From Octopus vulgaris (Eukaryota): a DNA stretch of 64,000 nucleotides. Position 1 is the stretch's first letter, and every line of letters starts with the position of its first letter. A program made the translations under genes and the position numbers. This document shows, one piece after another, positions 41,323 through 51,080 of the stretch. Under the pieces are notes generated by a model. It was not told the origin of the DNA and searched no databases. It saw only the letters and a program-made list of their open reading frames with translations. The DNA is taken from assembly GCA_951406725.2 (NCBI GenBank), contig OX597818.1, forward strand, positions 143,654,001-143,718,000, written 5' to 3'.

Positions 41323-41399
41323 TTGAGTTGTGGGGTATCGCACGAGTGGGATTATATAAGAAAAAAGGTTTGAAAATGCAATTTAAACGATGTTTATTT

Positions 41400-41440
41400 A
41401 CTTAACCGGTTTCACTCTTTGGTAAAAGATTGTCAAAAGT
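41400..41440 (-). ncRNA. Mirror copy of the candidate hammerhead in the inverted pseudo-LTR
   Basis: Reverse complement of 46736-46776 (acttaaccggtttcactctttggtaaaagattgtcaaaagt). Confidence 0.7.
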
Positions 41441-41470
41441 TACATTTAAGGAAACATTGAATAATATGGG

Positions 41471-41682
41471 TTCAAAAAAGTTTTTTACATAATTGTCACA
41501 TTGAATATTATGCATTCAAAAAAGTTTTTTACATAATTGTCACATTGGATATTATGGGTTCAAAAAAGTTTTTTACATAATTGTCACATTGAATATTATG
41601 CATTCAAAAAAGTTTTTTACATAATTGTCACATTGGATATTATGAATTCAAAAATGTTTTTTTATACATAATTGTCACATTA
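41471..41682. repeat. 5 x 44-bp tandem array within the left pseudo-LTR
   Basis: Unit ttcaaaaaagttttttacataattgtcacattg(a/g)atattatg(ca/gg) starts at 41471, 41515, 41559, 41603 and 41647. Confidence 0.95.
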
Positions 41683-42314
41683 TTTGGGAAAATTTGGCAG
41701 AAAAGGATAAAACAAATATATTATTGGGAATTGGTTGCGTTAATTATTGGTTGTCGCAAATTGTCACATTACATGTATATATATACAATCTTTGGTATAT
41801 ATATACAGCGTTTTGACAGCAAAAATTAAAATGGATTTTTTGTCCATCTCAGAATATTTTAAGTATGTTTTTACTGACCTGTCAGTATTAGCAGAAAGGC
41901 TGAACTGAGAGAACAGAAGTAGCCAATGTGGTGTATACTTCCCCTTTATACACGACAAAACTTTACCAGACAACGTAGACCCCAACCCACACAAGAACCG
42001 TTCCAGATTCGGAGATCCTACCCATCACTTAGAAACCCATCTCTGAACTATGATTGTAGATTCCAACCCAAACCGCCCTAACTCAGAGTTCTCCCCCAAC
42101 ATATAGGAATTCACTCCTAAACCATGAATATAGTTTCCAACCCACTCTAAGGAACCAACATTACACCCAGGACAAACAACCCAAACCCTGGAATAACCAA
42201 AACTCTTCCAGGAGGCCACACCAACAACCCAGACCCTGGAACAACCAAAACCTCCTCAACAGACAACATAGCAACGGGGACAGAATCACAACAACCAAAA
42301 CCTCTTCAACAGAC

Positions 42315-44690
42315 ATGTCAACGGGGGACAGAATCACATACAGCAAAATACCGCAAATAGAAGAACCCCCAGGATTCCTTTTTAGGCAAGGGCATCAGTT
42401 TCCACGACACCAGATGGTAGATACCAACCCCGAAAAACCAAAAATAGTGAATCTTTCTAACCTAAACCTGTCGACACCACAAATAAAAATCCTTTCAAGA
42501 GGACTGAAATTCACCCCAACTCCGCAATACCCTAACCTGAGGGAAATACAGGATGACATCTCGCACTTTTGCAGAAAATTACGCCTCACAGAGGAATTTT
42601 TTGACAGAAAAACTAATAATAACGACGAATCAATGGTCTGTAACAAAAGCAACTATAATCCCATAAAAGGCAAAAACAAAACCTTAGACAAATTTTGCGA
42701 TTACATCTCCAACTTCCCTTATGGTGAACTCCCACAACCTAAACTCAAACCCAACACCAGTAAAAGAGAATGGGAAATCATCCATACACTACGAGACAAT
42801 CATGACGTCACAATAAAGGAAGCTGATAAGGGTAGTACGGTCGTTGTTATGAATACTGAGCAATATAAAAACTCTGTATCTCTCCTTTTAGAGGATACCA
42901 CATACTACGAAAGAGTAGTCGACTACCAGCAATCCAAAACAATGACCAATCTGAAGGCACTCATTTACCAACACCGGAATGACTTGACAGCAAAGGAATG
43001 CGACTACATTACTAAATTTAATTGCAAAACCAGCACACTCTATGGCCTTCCAAAAATACACAAGAGTCAAATTATCACAGAAGCTTGCAAAAAGTCCACT
43101 TCAACCTGCATCACTATACCACATCCCACTGATCTCAAACTGAGACCAATAGTGGCAGGCCCAAGTTGTGAAACACACAGACTTAGCAACTTTATAGATA
43201 TCATCTTAAAGCCAATACTGAAACACATTCCAAGTATTGTAAGAGATGACCTGGACCTATTAAACCATCTCCCCAAACATGCCGATAAAGACACCTTAAT
43301 CGTTTCTTTTGATGTTATTAATCTTTACACCACAATCCCACATGAATTTGGACTGGAAGCCATTAAATTCTGGCTGGATAAATATCCCAATGAGATCCCG
43401 GAAAGAATTAAAAAAGAATTCATAATTGAGGGCCTCAAATTTATTCTGCAAAACAACTTCATGTATTTCCACAACAACACTTACAGACAGGTCTCAGGGA
43501 CTGCAATGGGTACGAAAGTTGCACCTACCTATGCAAACCTGGTGATGGCCTACCTGGAATCACATATCTATGAAAAATCCAAATATAAGTACGGCCAGTC
43601 TTTCCACAAATACCTGTTGGAGAACTGGAAACGCTACTTAGATGATTGCCTCATCCTATGGTCCCACACACTCGACCAACTTATAGACTTCAAAAACCTT
43701 ATCAACAGTGTAAATAACAACATTCAATTCACAATGGAATATAGTCAGGACCAACTCCCTTTTCTTGACATCCTAATCATTAAAAAAGGCGTCAACATTG
43801 AAACTGACATCCATTACAAACCCACTGACTCTAAACAATACCTTCTATTCACCTCCAATCACCCAAAACACACAAAGACAAATATCCCCTTCAACCTAGC
43901 GAGAAGAATCTGCACTATTGTCTCAAATGACACAACACGAAATAGAAGACTCCGGGAACTAAGGGCAATTCTTCTCGAAAGACATTACCCGGCATCACTA
44001 GTAGACAACGGAATAGAACGGGCCAAATCAATCAACATTCAAGACCTTCGAAAACCCAAACACATCCACAGTACAGTCAATAGCCTCCCTTATCTCTCAA
44101 CACACAACCCAAGGAATGCAGAAGCTTACACTATTATATACAACAACATTCCACAACTAAATCAAGACCCACGCCTGAAAAAAATACTGGCAGCTCATAA
44201 AATAATAAAAAGTAAGAGACAACCTAAATCCCTAAAAAACCTCCTCACCAACGCAAAATTACACAACACAAACCCACCGCCCACCATCAAAAAATGTGGT
44301 CGCCCCAACTGTAAGACCTGCATCCACCTCATTGAGGGATCGTCGTACAAGTTCCACTCGGGACACACATTCATCATAAAAAATAACTTCACGTGCGCAT
44401 CAAAAAATTTACTCTACGTCATAAGGTGTGAAGGATGCCACGAAGACTACATAGGGCAAACGAGCCTTACCCTCAGAGACAGAATGACAGTTCACCGACA
44501 ACAACTGAGGGACCCCTCCACAAGACAGATACCACTAAGTGGACACTTAGACCTTTGTGCACACAATAAGTCCCCCAAATTCTTAGTCTTCCCACTATAC
44601 CAATGCTCGGACAACACCACAGACCAAACACGAATAAATAAGGAAAGTAATCTTATTCAAAAATACAGACCACAACTAAACATACTCTAA
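42315..44690 (+). CDS. Penelope-like element reverse transcriptase + C-terminal GIY-YIG endonuclease (791 aa, intact)
   Basis: PLE N-terminal motifs IVNLS, LSRGLKFTPTP and IKEADKGSTVVVM. RT motifs LYGLPKIHK, LRPIVAG, SFDVINLYTTIP, GTAMGTKVAPTYANL, RYLDD, LPFLD and IHYKPTDS. Cys-rich linker CGRPNCKTC..C. GIY-YIG-type LLYVIRCEGCHEDYIGQT followed by two His. The frame is also open upstream to a TAG at 42057. Confidence 0.96.
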   Translation: MSTGDRITYSKIPQIEEPPGFLFRQGHQFPRHQMVDTNPEKPKIVNLSNLNLSTPQIKILSRGLKFTPTPQYPNLREIQDDISHFCRKLRLTEEFFDRKTNNNDESMVCNKSNYNPIKGKNKTLDKFCDYISNFPYGELPQPKLKPNTSKREWEIIHTLRDNHDVTIKEADKGSTVVVMNTEQYKNSVSLLLEDTTYYERVVDYQQSKTMTNLKALIYQHRNDLTAKECDYITKFNCKTSTLYGLPKIHKSQIITEACKKSTSTCITIPHPTDLKLRPIVAGPSCETHRLSNFIDIILKPILKHIPSIVRDDLDLLNHLPKHADKDTLIVSFDVINLYTTIPHEFGLEAIKFWLDKYPNEIPERIKKEFIIEGLKFILQNNFMYFHNNTYRQVSGTAMGTKVAPTYANLVMAYLESHIYEKSKYKYGQSFHKYLLENWKRYLDDCLILWSHTLDQLIDFKNLINSVNNNIQFTMEYSQDQLPFLDILIIKKGVNIETDIHYKPTDSKQYLLFTSNHPKHTKTNIPFNLARRICTIVSNDTTRNRRLRELRAILLERHYPASLVDNGIERAKSINIQDLRKPKHIHSTVNSLPYLSTHNPRNAEAYTIIYNNIPQLNQDPRLKKILAAHKIIKSKRQPKSLKNLLTNAKLHNTNPPPTIKKCGRPNCKTCIHLIEGSSYKFHSGHTFIIKNNFTCASKNLLYVIRCEGCHEDYIGQTSLTLRDRMTVHRQQLRDPSTRQIPLSGHLDLCAHNKSPKFLVFPLYQCSDNTTDQTRINKESNLIQKYRPQLNIL

Positions 44691-44839
44691 CATACCCCCT
44701 GGAAGCACATCCAGAGCAAGCACACAGGGACGCGCGCACGCTCACAGCATATCGTGCGGGCGGGCACATGCGCGCATCGGCACGCATAGGACACACTAGC
44801 GGGCATTGACCGCACACATACGTGGCATGCACACGCATG

Positions 44840-44953
44840 CATTATATATATGTAGGTGATGTATGTGTGTGTGTGTGTGTGTGTGCACTGTGTGCGTGTG
44901 TGTGTATATGTGTGTGTGCGCGCGTTGTATGTGTTTGTGTGTGTGCACGTGTG

Positions 44954-45025
<72 letters not shown>

Positions 45026-45062
45026 CATTGTATACGTGTGTATGTATTTACATATGTATCTT

Positions 45063-45108
<46 letters not shown>

Positions 45109-46140
45109 TGTGTGTGTATATGCATGGTATGTGTGTATATGTTAGTACTTTGTTTGTGTGTATGTGCGGCATGTAGAGATATATTTGAGTGTGTACGCTA
45201 TAGGTTTGTAATTTGTGTGTGGGGGGGGTGAATTTTTTATATATATATGTGTGTGTGTATGTGTGTGAAAAAATATATGTATGTGCATGTATGTATGTAT
45301 GTATGTGTGTATATATATATATATATGTGTATATATATGTGTGTGTGTGTATGTGTGTGTGTGTATATTTATTTGCATGTTTATGTGTGTATAAACATGT
45401 ACATTATTTGCATGCGCATTGTATATATGTATATTGTATGTATGTGTATTGTATATGTACGTGTACAATTAAGTGTATATATTTGTGTGTATGTGTGCAC
45501 TGTATATATGTATATTGTAGGTGTGCTATATGTGCATGAATACATGTATATGCATTGCGTGTATATATATGTATGCATTGTGTGTGTATGTATGTTATGT
45601 GTGTGTGTGTGTATATATATATTATATGTATGCGTACGTGTATGTGTATGCATTGTATGTATGTGTGTTGTGTGTATATGTGGTACATCTATGTATGTGT
45701 ATGTAAACACTATTTATATGTATATGTGTATATATGTATATGCATTGTCTATATATATATATATTATATGTATGTATTGCGTATGTATATTGCATGCATA
45801 TATTGTGTATGTATATTACTTACATGCTGTATGTGTGTATTGTATGTGTGTATATATATATGCTAGGTGTATTTGTGTGATATTTATATTATGTATGTAT
45901 GTGTGCGTGTGTTGTGTGTGTGTGTGTGTGTGTGTTATATATCTGTGTATGTTATATATAGATACATGTTATATTTGTGTGCTGTGTGTATATGTGATAT
46001 ATGTGGGTGCGTTGTGTGTGGGTGTGTGTGTTCTGTGTGTGTGTGTGTTGTTTGTATGTGGTTTGTGTTTGTATACTATGTGTGTGTGTGTGTGTGTTGT
46101 TGTGTGTGTGTGTGTTTGTGTGTATATATATGTGTGTGAC
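44840..46140. repeat. Long degenerate (GT/AT)n compound microsatellite in the PLE 3' UTR
   Basis: About 1.3 kb of mixed GT, AT and GTAT repeats between the stop codon and the right pseudo-LTR. Confidence 0.9.
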
Positions 46141-46493
46141 AAACAGACGCTGTCTGACCAGCAGGCACGGACACATCTATTCACACCCGCATACTAACCT
46201 CCTGATAACCCCAAAATCATTCATGCATAAAGGGGAAGTATACACCACATTGGCTACTTCTGTTCTCTCAGTTCAGCCTTTCTGCTAATACTGACAGGTC
46301 AGTAAAAACATACTTAAAATATTCTGAGATGGACAAAAAATCCATTTTAATTTTTGCTGTCAAAACGCTGTATATATATACCAAAGATTGTATATATATA
46401 CATGTAATGTGACAATTTGCGACAACCAATAATTAACGCAACCAATTCCCAATAATATATTTGTTTTATCCTTTTCTGCCAAATTTTCCCAAA

Positions 46494-46705
46494 TAATGTG
46501 ACAATTATGTATAAAAAAACATTTTTGAATTCATAATATCCAATGTGACAATTATGTAAAAAACTTTTTTGAATGCATAATATTCAATGTGACAATTATG
46601 TAAAAAACTTTTTTGAACCCATAATATCCAATGTGACAATTATGTAAAAAACTTTTTTGAATGCATAATATTCAATGTGACAATTATGTAAAAAACTTTT
46701 TTGAA
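46494..46705. repeat. 5 x 44-bp tandem array within the right pseudo-LTR
   Basis: Reverse complement of the 41471-41682 array (aatgtgacaattatgtaaaaaacttttttgaa units). Confidence 0.95.
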
Positions 46706-46735
46706 CCCATATTATTCAATGTTTCCTTAAATGTA

Positions 46736-46776
46736 ACTTTTGACAATCTTTTACCAAAGAGTGAAACCGGTTAAGT
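46736..46776 (+). ncRNA. Candidate minimal type I hammerhead ribozyme (U3-A8 core variant) in the PLE pseudo-LTR
   Basis: ACTT-TTGACAA-TCTTTTACCAAAGAGT-GAAA-CCGG-TT-AAGT. Stem I is ACUU/AAGU, the core is UUGACAA, stem II is a hairpin, followed by GAAA, palindromic ACCGGT and UH. PLE pseudo-LTRs are known to carry minimal hammerheads. Confidence 0.7.
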
Positions 46777-46815
46777 AAATAAACATCGTTTAAATTGCAT
46801 TTTCAAACCTTTTTT

Positions 46816-46847
<32 letters not shown>

Positions 46848-46848
<1 letters not shown>

Positions 46849-47012
46849 GATGGACTTCTTGCAGTTTCCGACTACCAAATCCACTCACAGAGCTTTGGTT
46901 GGCGAGAGTCTGTAGTAGAAGAAGGCACTTGCCCAAGGTGCCACGCAGTGAGATTGAACCCGGAAACATGTGGTTGGGAAGCAAGTTTCTTACCACACAG
47001 CCACGCTTGTGC
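46848..47012 (-). mobile_element. 5' half (tRNA-like head) of the same SINE, split by the PLE
   Basis: Reverse complement reads gtggctgtgtggtaagaaacttgcttcccaaccacatgtttccgggttcaatc...gagtggatttggtagtcggaaactgcaagaagtccatcgtatata, matching about 405-565. Confidence 0.85.
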
Positions 47013-47334
47013 CTATATATATCGTCAGTAGATCATATATCCGAAAAAGAAACACACTCTAAAGTTAGGCAGTAATGTTTTTACATATAGTTAAATATAT
47101 GTACAGTCGTAGAGTGACCAATTGGTTCAAATGCATAAAGTTCTTAGCTCTATAGACGATTCATCAAACTTCAATTGCCACGGCCCTATGACCTATATTC
47201 AATTTCGTGATAGGAAACCGTTACGATCAGTTAATTTGTAAACAAAAGAATATTGAATATTTTTAGATCGATCCAGTCTGCAAAATCTTATGGTCCTAAT
47301 CGACGAACGAGAAATCCTATGCCTGTAGCCGGCA

Positions 47335-47625
47335 ATGCTTAAAATGCGGGCTGGGGCTATAGATTTCGTGTCTGGAATTTAAGAGAGCCCTCAGGTCAAG
47401 CGAGTCTTTGAGGATCCTTGCCCGCTCTGCTGTGCAAAGCTTGCGTCGTCTGCTTCCGTTTATATAGGCCCCGGTTGCTCTATGAGCCTTCTTTTAATTT
47501 CGCATGGTGTTCCTTCATCCTTAACGCGCCATAAGTGGCTAACCAGGGACGTGAGGGAATCCTAAAAGAGGACCTATGGTTGCCGCTTAAAGGCAGTTTC
47601 GGCCGAAGTGATGTATTTTGAGTGC
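47335..47625 (-). pseudogene. Decayed GIY-YIG endonuclease of a second, different Penelope-like family
   Basis: Manual translation across frameshifts gives KYITSAETAFKR, HRSSFR, TSLVSHLWRVKDEGTPCEIK, YINGSRRRKLCTAERARIL and LLNSRHEIYSPSPH. These resemble PLE endonuclease motifs YIG..E..FK.R, LS.HIW.LK, C.LC..EK and LN.RSE...C.H. Confidence 0.65.
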
Positions 47626-47902
47626 TGGTTATGTTGTTTCTTCCGTTCACCCCGGGTCTGAAACTGTTTTTGCTCCGTCTTTTGCAACAGTTCCTACCTC
47701 CTGGCTGAAGAGAGGTTATATACTTGCGGCCATTGGACCCAGACGAGTCGTGTATAGAGTGAAGCGCATTTTGGATGCGAAACTATTGGTCACTCTATGA
47801 CCGATCAAATATTTAACTTTATGTGTGTGTATGTATGTACGTAAGTATGTATGTGAACTCTAGATATAGATAGGTAGATAGATAGATATAGATAAATACA
47901 TA

Positions 47903-47946
<44 letters not shown>

Positions 47947-47960
47947 TATGTATTTATCTA

Positions 47961-48074
<114 letters not shown>

Positions 48075-48454
48075 GATGGCTGGATGGTAAAAAGACAGAG
48101 AAACTCATTGCACGAAAACTTAAATAGATGAGAGAACATGCAAGTAAACCTGATGTTTTAAGCAAATTAGTTCAAATTGATTTTAATTTCTAGAGCTCTC
48201 TTTATCATTAATACATACAAGTATACATACACATACATATATACCTATATTTTTGAATACATGTATGTATGTATGTATGTATGTATGTATGTATGTATGT
48301 ATGTATGTATGTATGTATGTATGTATGTATGTATGTATGCATGCATGTATGTATGTATGTATGTATGTATGTATGTATGTATGTATACATGTGCGTATGC
48401 ATGTATGTATGAATGTATATATGCATATTTAAAATATGAATTAGAACCAGCTTG

Positions 48455-48563
48455 TATAAAAGTGTACAATCCTCTAAATGATTGAAACCAGTGAACTTTC
48501 AACAAAGAGAAGCAAAAAGGCAAGAATGTCAGAGACCACAAACACCGCAGGTTTCAGGTAAGA
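48455..48563 (+). promoter_or_regulatory. Candidate TATA promoter + short first coding exon (MSETTNTAGF..) + GT splice donor, copy 1
   Basis: TATAAAA at 48455, initiator-like CCAGT at about 48488-48492, ATG at 48526, CAG|GTAAGA at 48557/48558. Duplicated at 50981-51080. Confidence 0.4.
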
Positions 48564-48748
48564 GTTTCTTCCTTTCATGCGCATTAATGTATACATGAAA
48601 TACACGCGCACGCTCACACACATATTCACACGCACACACACATGCACTCACACACATACATATGCACACACACACACATACGCACACATATACACACACA
48701 CATTCACATCCACATACAACACACACATCCACGCCTATCTGTGTGTGT

Positions 48749-48782
<34 letters not shown>

Positions 48783-49111
48783 TGTATGTGTGTGTATGTG
48801 CGTGAGTGTGTGTGTGTGTATGTGTGTGTGTGTGTGTGTGTGTACATAGACACATTATTTGAACTTTGACTCGCCTATCCTTGTTTTTCATACTGAAGCG
48901 TCCAAAAACTCCACCCCACCCCACCCCCTTTTCAAAGTAGGTTTGGTGGGATCACCAGTTTAGTCACTGACAACCTGACCATGCCACAAGTTGTAACAGG
49001 TACCAATTACTAGCGGCGCTAAGCGACGTGGCGTATACATACACTCGTTCGAGCACATGCATACATACACACGCATATATACTATATGCTCAAATATGTA
49101 TATATGTAAGC

Positions 49112-49150
<39 letters not shown>

Positions 49151-49169
49151 TGTATATATATATATATAA

Positions 49170-49211
<42 letters not shown>

Positions 49212-50099
49212 GCTTACATATATACATATACATGAATATACAAATATATACACATGCATGCATGTATGTGTACATGCACACATACATACATACATACATA
49301 CATACATACATACATACATACATACATACATACATACATACATACATACATACATACATACATGCATACATACCGTTAATCATCATTTTCCATTTTATGG
49401 TAAAACATTCCTCTGTAAATATTTCCATAATACATATTCAAAGACACGGCTTTTTGCGTGTGCATACATGCGTGCATGGCATGGCAGATGATGTCGTCGG
49501 TTGGTGCTATTAATGTTGAAGCTATGCTTGGAGTAATACTGCTCCATAAATTATTTAATTCCAGAAAATGTCTTACTAATTGAATGTTTAAAATAATCAT
49601 GTTAATGTTTTTCACCTTTATCATCATCATGATCGTTATTACAATTACCATTACCACCACCACCACCACCACCACCACCACCACCACCACCCCCACCACA
49701 ATAATGTCCTCATCATCGTGGTGGTCATCGTCGTTGTTCTCGTCATCATATCATCCGTGCTATTTTATAATGTCTTTTTTGTGTTGGCCACTTTTTTTTT
49801 ATAAATATAATTATTTAATACAGTTATTCACTTTAGCTTCTTACATAGAACCAAGACCACAATTTGTCATGGGAGGATCTTATATAATTTAATAGACCCC
49901 AGTATATACCTGGTACTTAATTTAACTCATAAAAATCAAGGGGAAATATCTATTGTTATCTAAATTTGGAACATCGACTCCGCAGCAATTGCATTATCGT
50001 TATCCATAACTTTTACATATTTGCTTCTTAACTACTATTATTATGTTAGTTGTTGATGCTGTTGTTGTTGTCGTTGCTGCTGCTGTTGCTGCTGTTGCT

Positions 50100-50445
50100 G
50101 TTGAGCGGTCCGGTCCGAGTGGTCCGAGACGTGGTCCTTTGCTATTCGTAAAACCCGCAGAAAAGAAAGCAAGTCAACCCCCGACACCGAGAGCATCGAC
50201 GGATGGATGAATGCGCATCTAGGCTCAGCGGTTGCGTAGGAAGTCGGGGACAAGAAACAGGAAGAAAGAGTGAGAGAAAGTTGGGCCGAAAGAGTACAAC
50301 AGGGGTCGCCACCACCCTCTGCCGGAGCATCGTGGAGCTTTAGGTGTGTTCGCTCTATAAACACACACAATGCCCGGTCTGGGAATCGAAACAGCGTTCT
50401 TACGACCGCGAGTCCGCTGCCCTAACCACTGGGTCATTGCGCCTC
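50100..50445 (-). mobile_element. tRNA-derived SINE (family D) with (CAA/CAG)n tail
   Basis: Reverse complement starts aggcgcaatgacccagtggttagggcagcggactcgcggtcg...gtttcgattccc and ends in caacagcaacag. Confidence 0.75.
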
Positions 50446-50980
50446 CACTGTCGTTGCTGCTGCTGCTATTGTCGTTATTGTTGCCTTTGAGCAGGCTTAT
50501 AACCAAAGGCATTCTAGCTGTGAACATCTAGCATTTTTCTGAAACAAAGTGCACTCAAGACTACATCGCTCAAAGTACTCTTTTCTTCTGAGACGGAAGA
50601 GTATGATCTGTGGAAGATTTAGCTGTTATTTCCTGCATCTTGAATGATTATGTAACAATCTTCTGGAAAGGTAATGGTGTCACAATAAGATCAGAGTTGT
50701 GCCAGGTAAGAAGATATGGAGCCGTATTTTGTTGTCTGTCTACGATTTTAGTTCTTATTTTGACTAAATCGACTTTGCTTTTCATCATTCAAGGGTTGAC
50801 AAATTAAAGTAGCATTCAAGTATCGTAGGGAGGGCGTTAAATTGGTGTCCTCGTCTCTTTTCAAATTTTTAGGCAACTCACGAAGTATGAATAAAATTTC
50901 GTCTTGTCACCTGACCATTCCAGCAAAGTTTTATAGTAAAATTACGTACACAGCAAAGTTTTATAGTAAAAAAATGCTTG

Positions 50981-51080
50981 TATAAAACGTGTACAACTCT
51001 CTAAATGATTGAACTTTCAACAAAGAAAAGCAAAAAGCAAGTATGTCAGGGACCACAAGCACCGCAGGTCTCAGGTAAGA
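50981..51080 (+). promoter_or_regulatory. Candidate TATA + first exon (MSGTTSTAGL..) + splice donor, copy 2
   Basis: TATAAAA at 50981, ATG at 51043, CAG|GTAAGA at 51074/51075. Same 32-nt coding length as copy 1. Confidence 0.35.

Larger units (their letters stand above)
41353..41949 (-). repeat. Left arm of 597-bp inverted repeat (inverted PLE pseudo-LTR)
   Basis: Reverse complement of 46227-46823. Both ends and a spot-checked internal segment (41701-41760 vs 46416-46475) match exactly. Confidence 0.95.
41315..46823 (+). mobile_element. Penelope-like retroelement insertion with an inverted 5' pseudo-LTR, 5'-truncated body, long microsatellite-rich 3' UTR and 3' pseudo-LTR
   Basis: The ORF lies between inverted repeats 41353-41949 and 46227-46823. 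(TA)n flanks both sides (41266-41314 and 46819-46847). The left arm has an extra ~38-bp tail (41315-41352). Confidence 0.92.
46227..46823 (+). repeat. Right arm of 597-bp inverted repeat (PLE 3' pseudo-LTR)
   Basis: Runs ataaaggggaagtatacacc...ttttttcttatata. Contains the 44-bp array, the hammerhead-like motif and AATAAA at 46778-46783. Confidence 0.95.

Noticed and set aside
41471-41682. CRISPR-like array
   Set aside because: Units are contiguous tandem repeats with no unique spacers, there are no cas genes, and the context is eukaryotic.
42315-44690. Selenoprotein-type PLE or telomerase gene
   Set aside because: No in-frame TGA in the ORF. It has a GIY-YIG domain and I saw no TERT-specific domains.
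41353-46823. DNA transposon or Polinton with long TIRs
   Set aside because: The enclosed ORF is a PLE RT-endonuclease, not a transposase or polB. The arms are asymmetric (tail) and carry a PLE-type ribozyme motif.
50921-50971. Direct repeat cagcaaagttttatagtaaaa x2 as a TSD
   Set aside because: Only about 9 bp lie between the copies, so it is best read as a small local tandem duplication.
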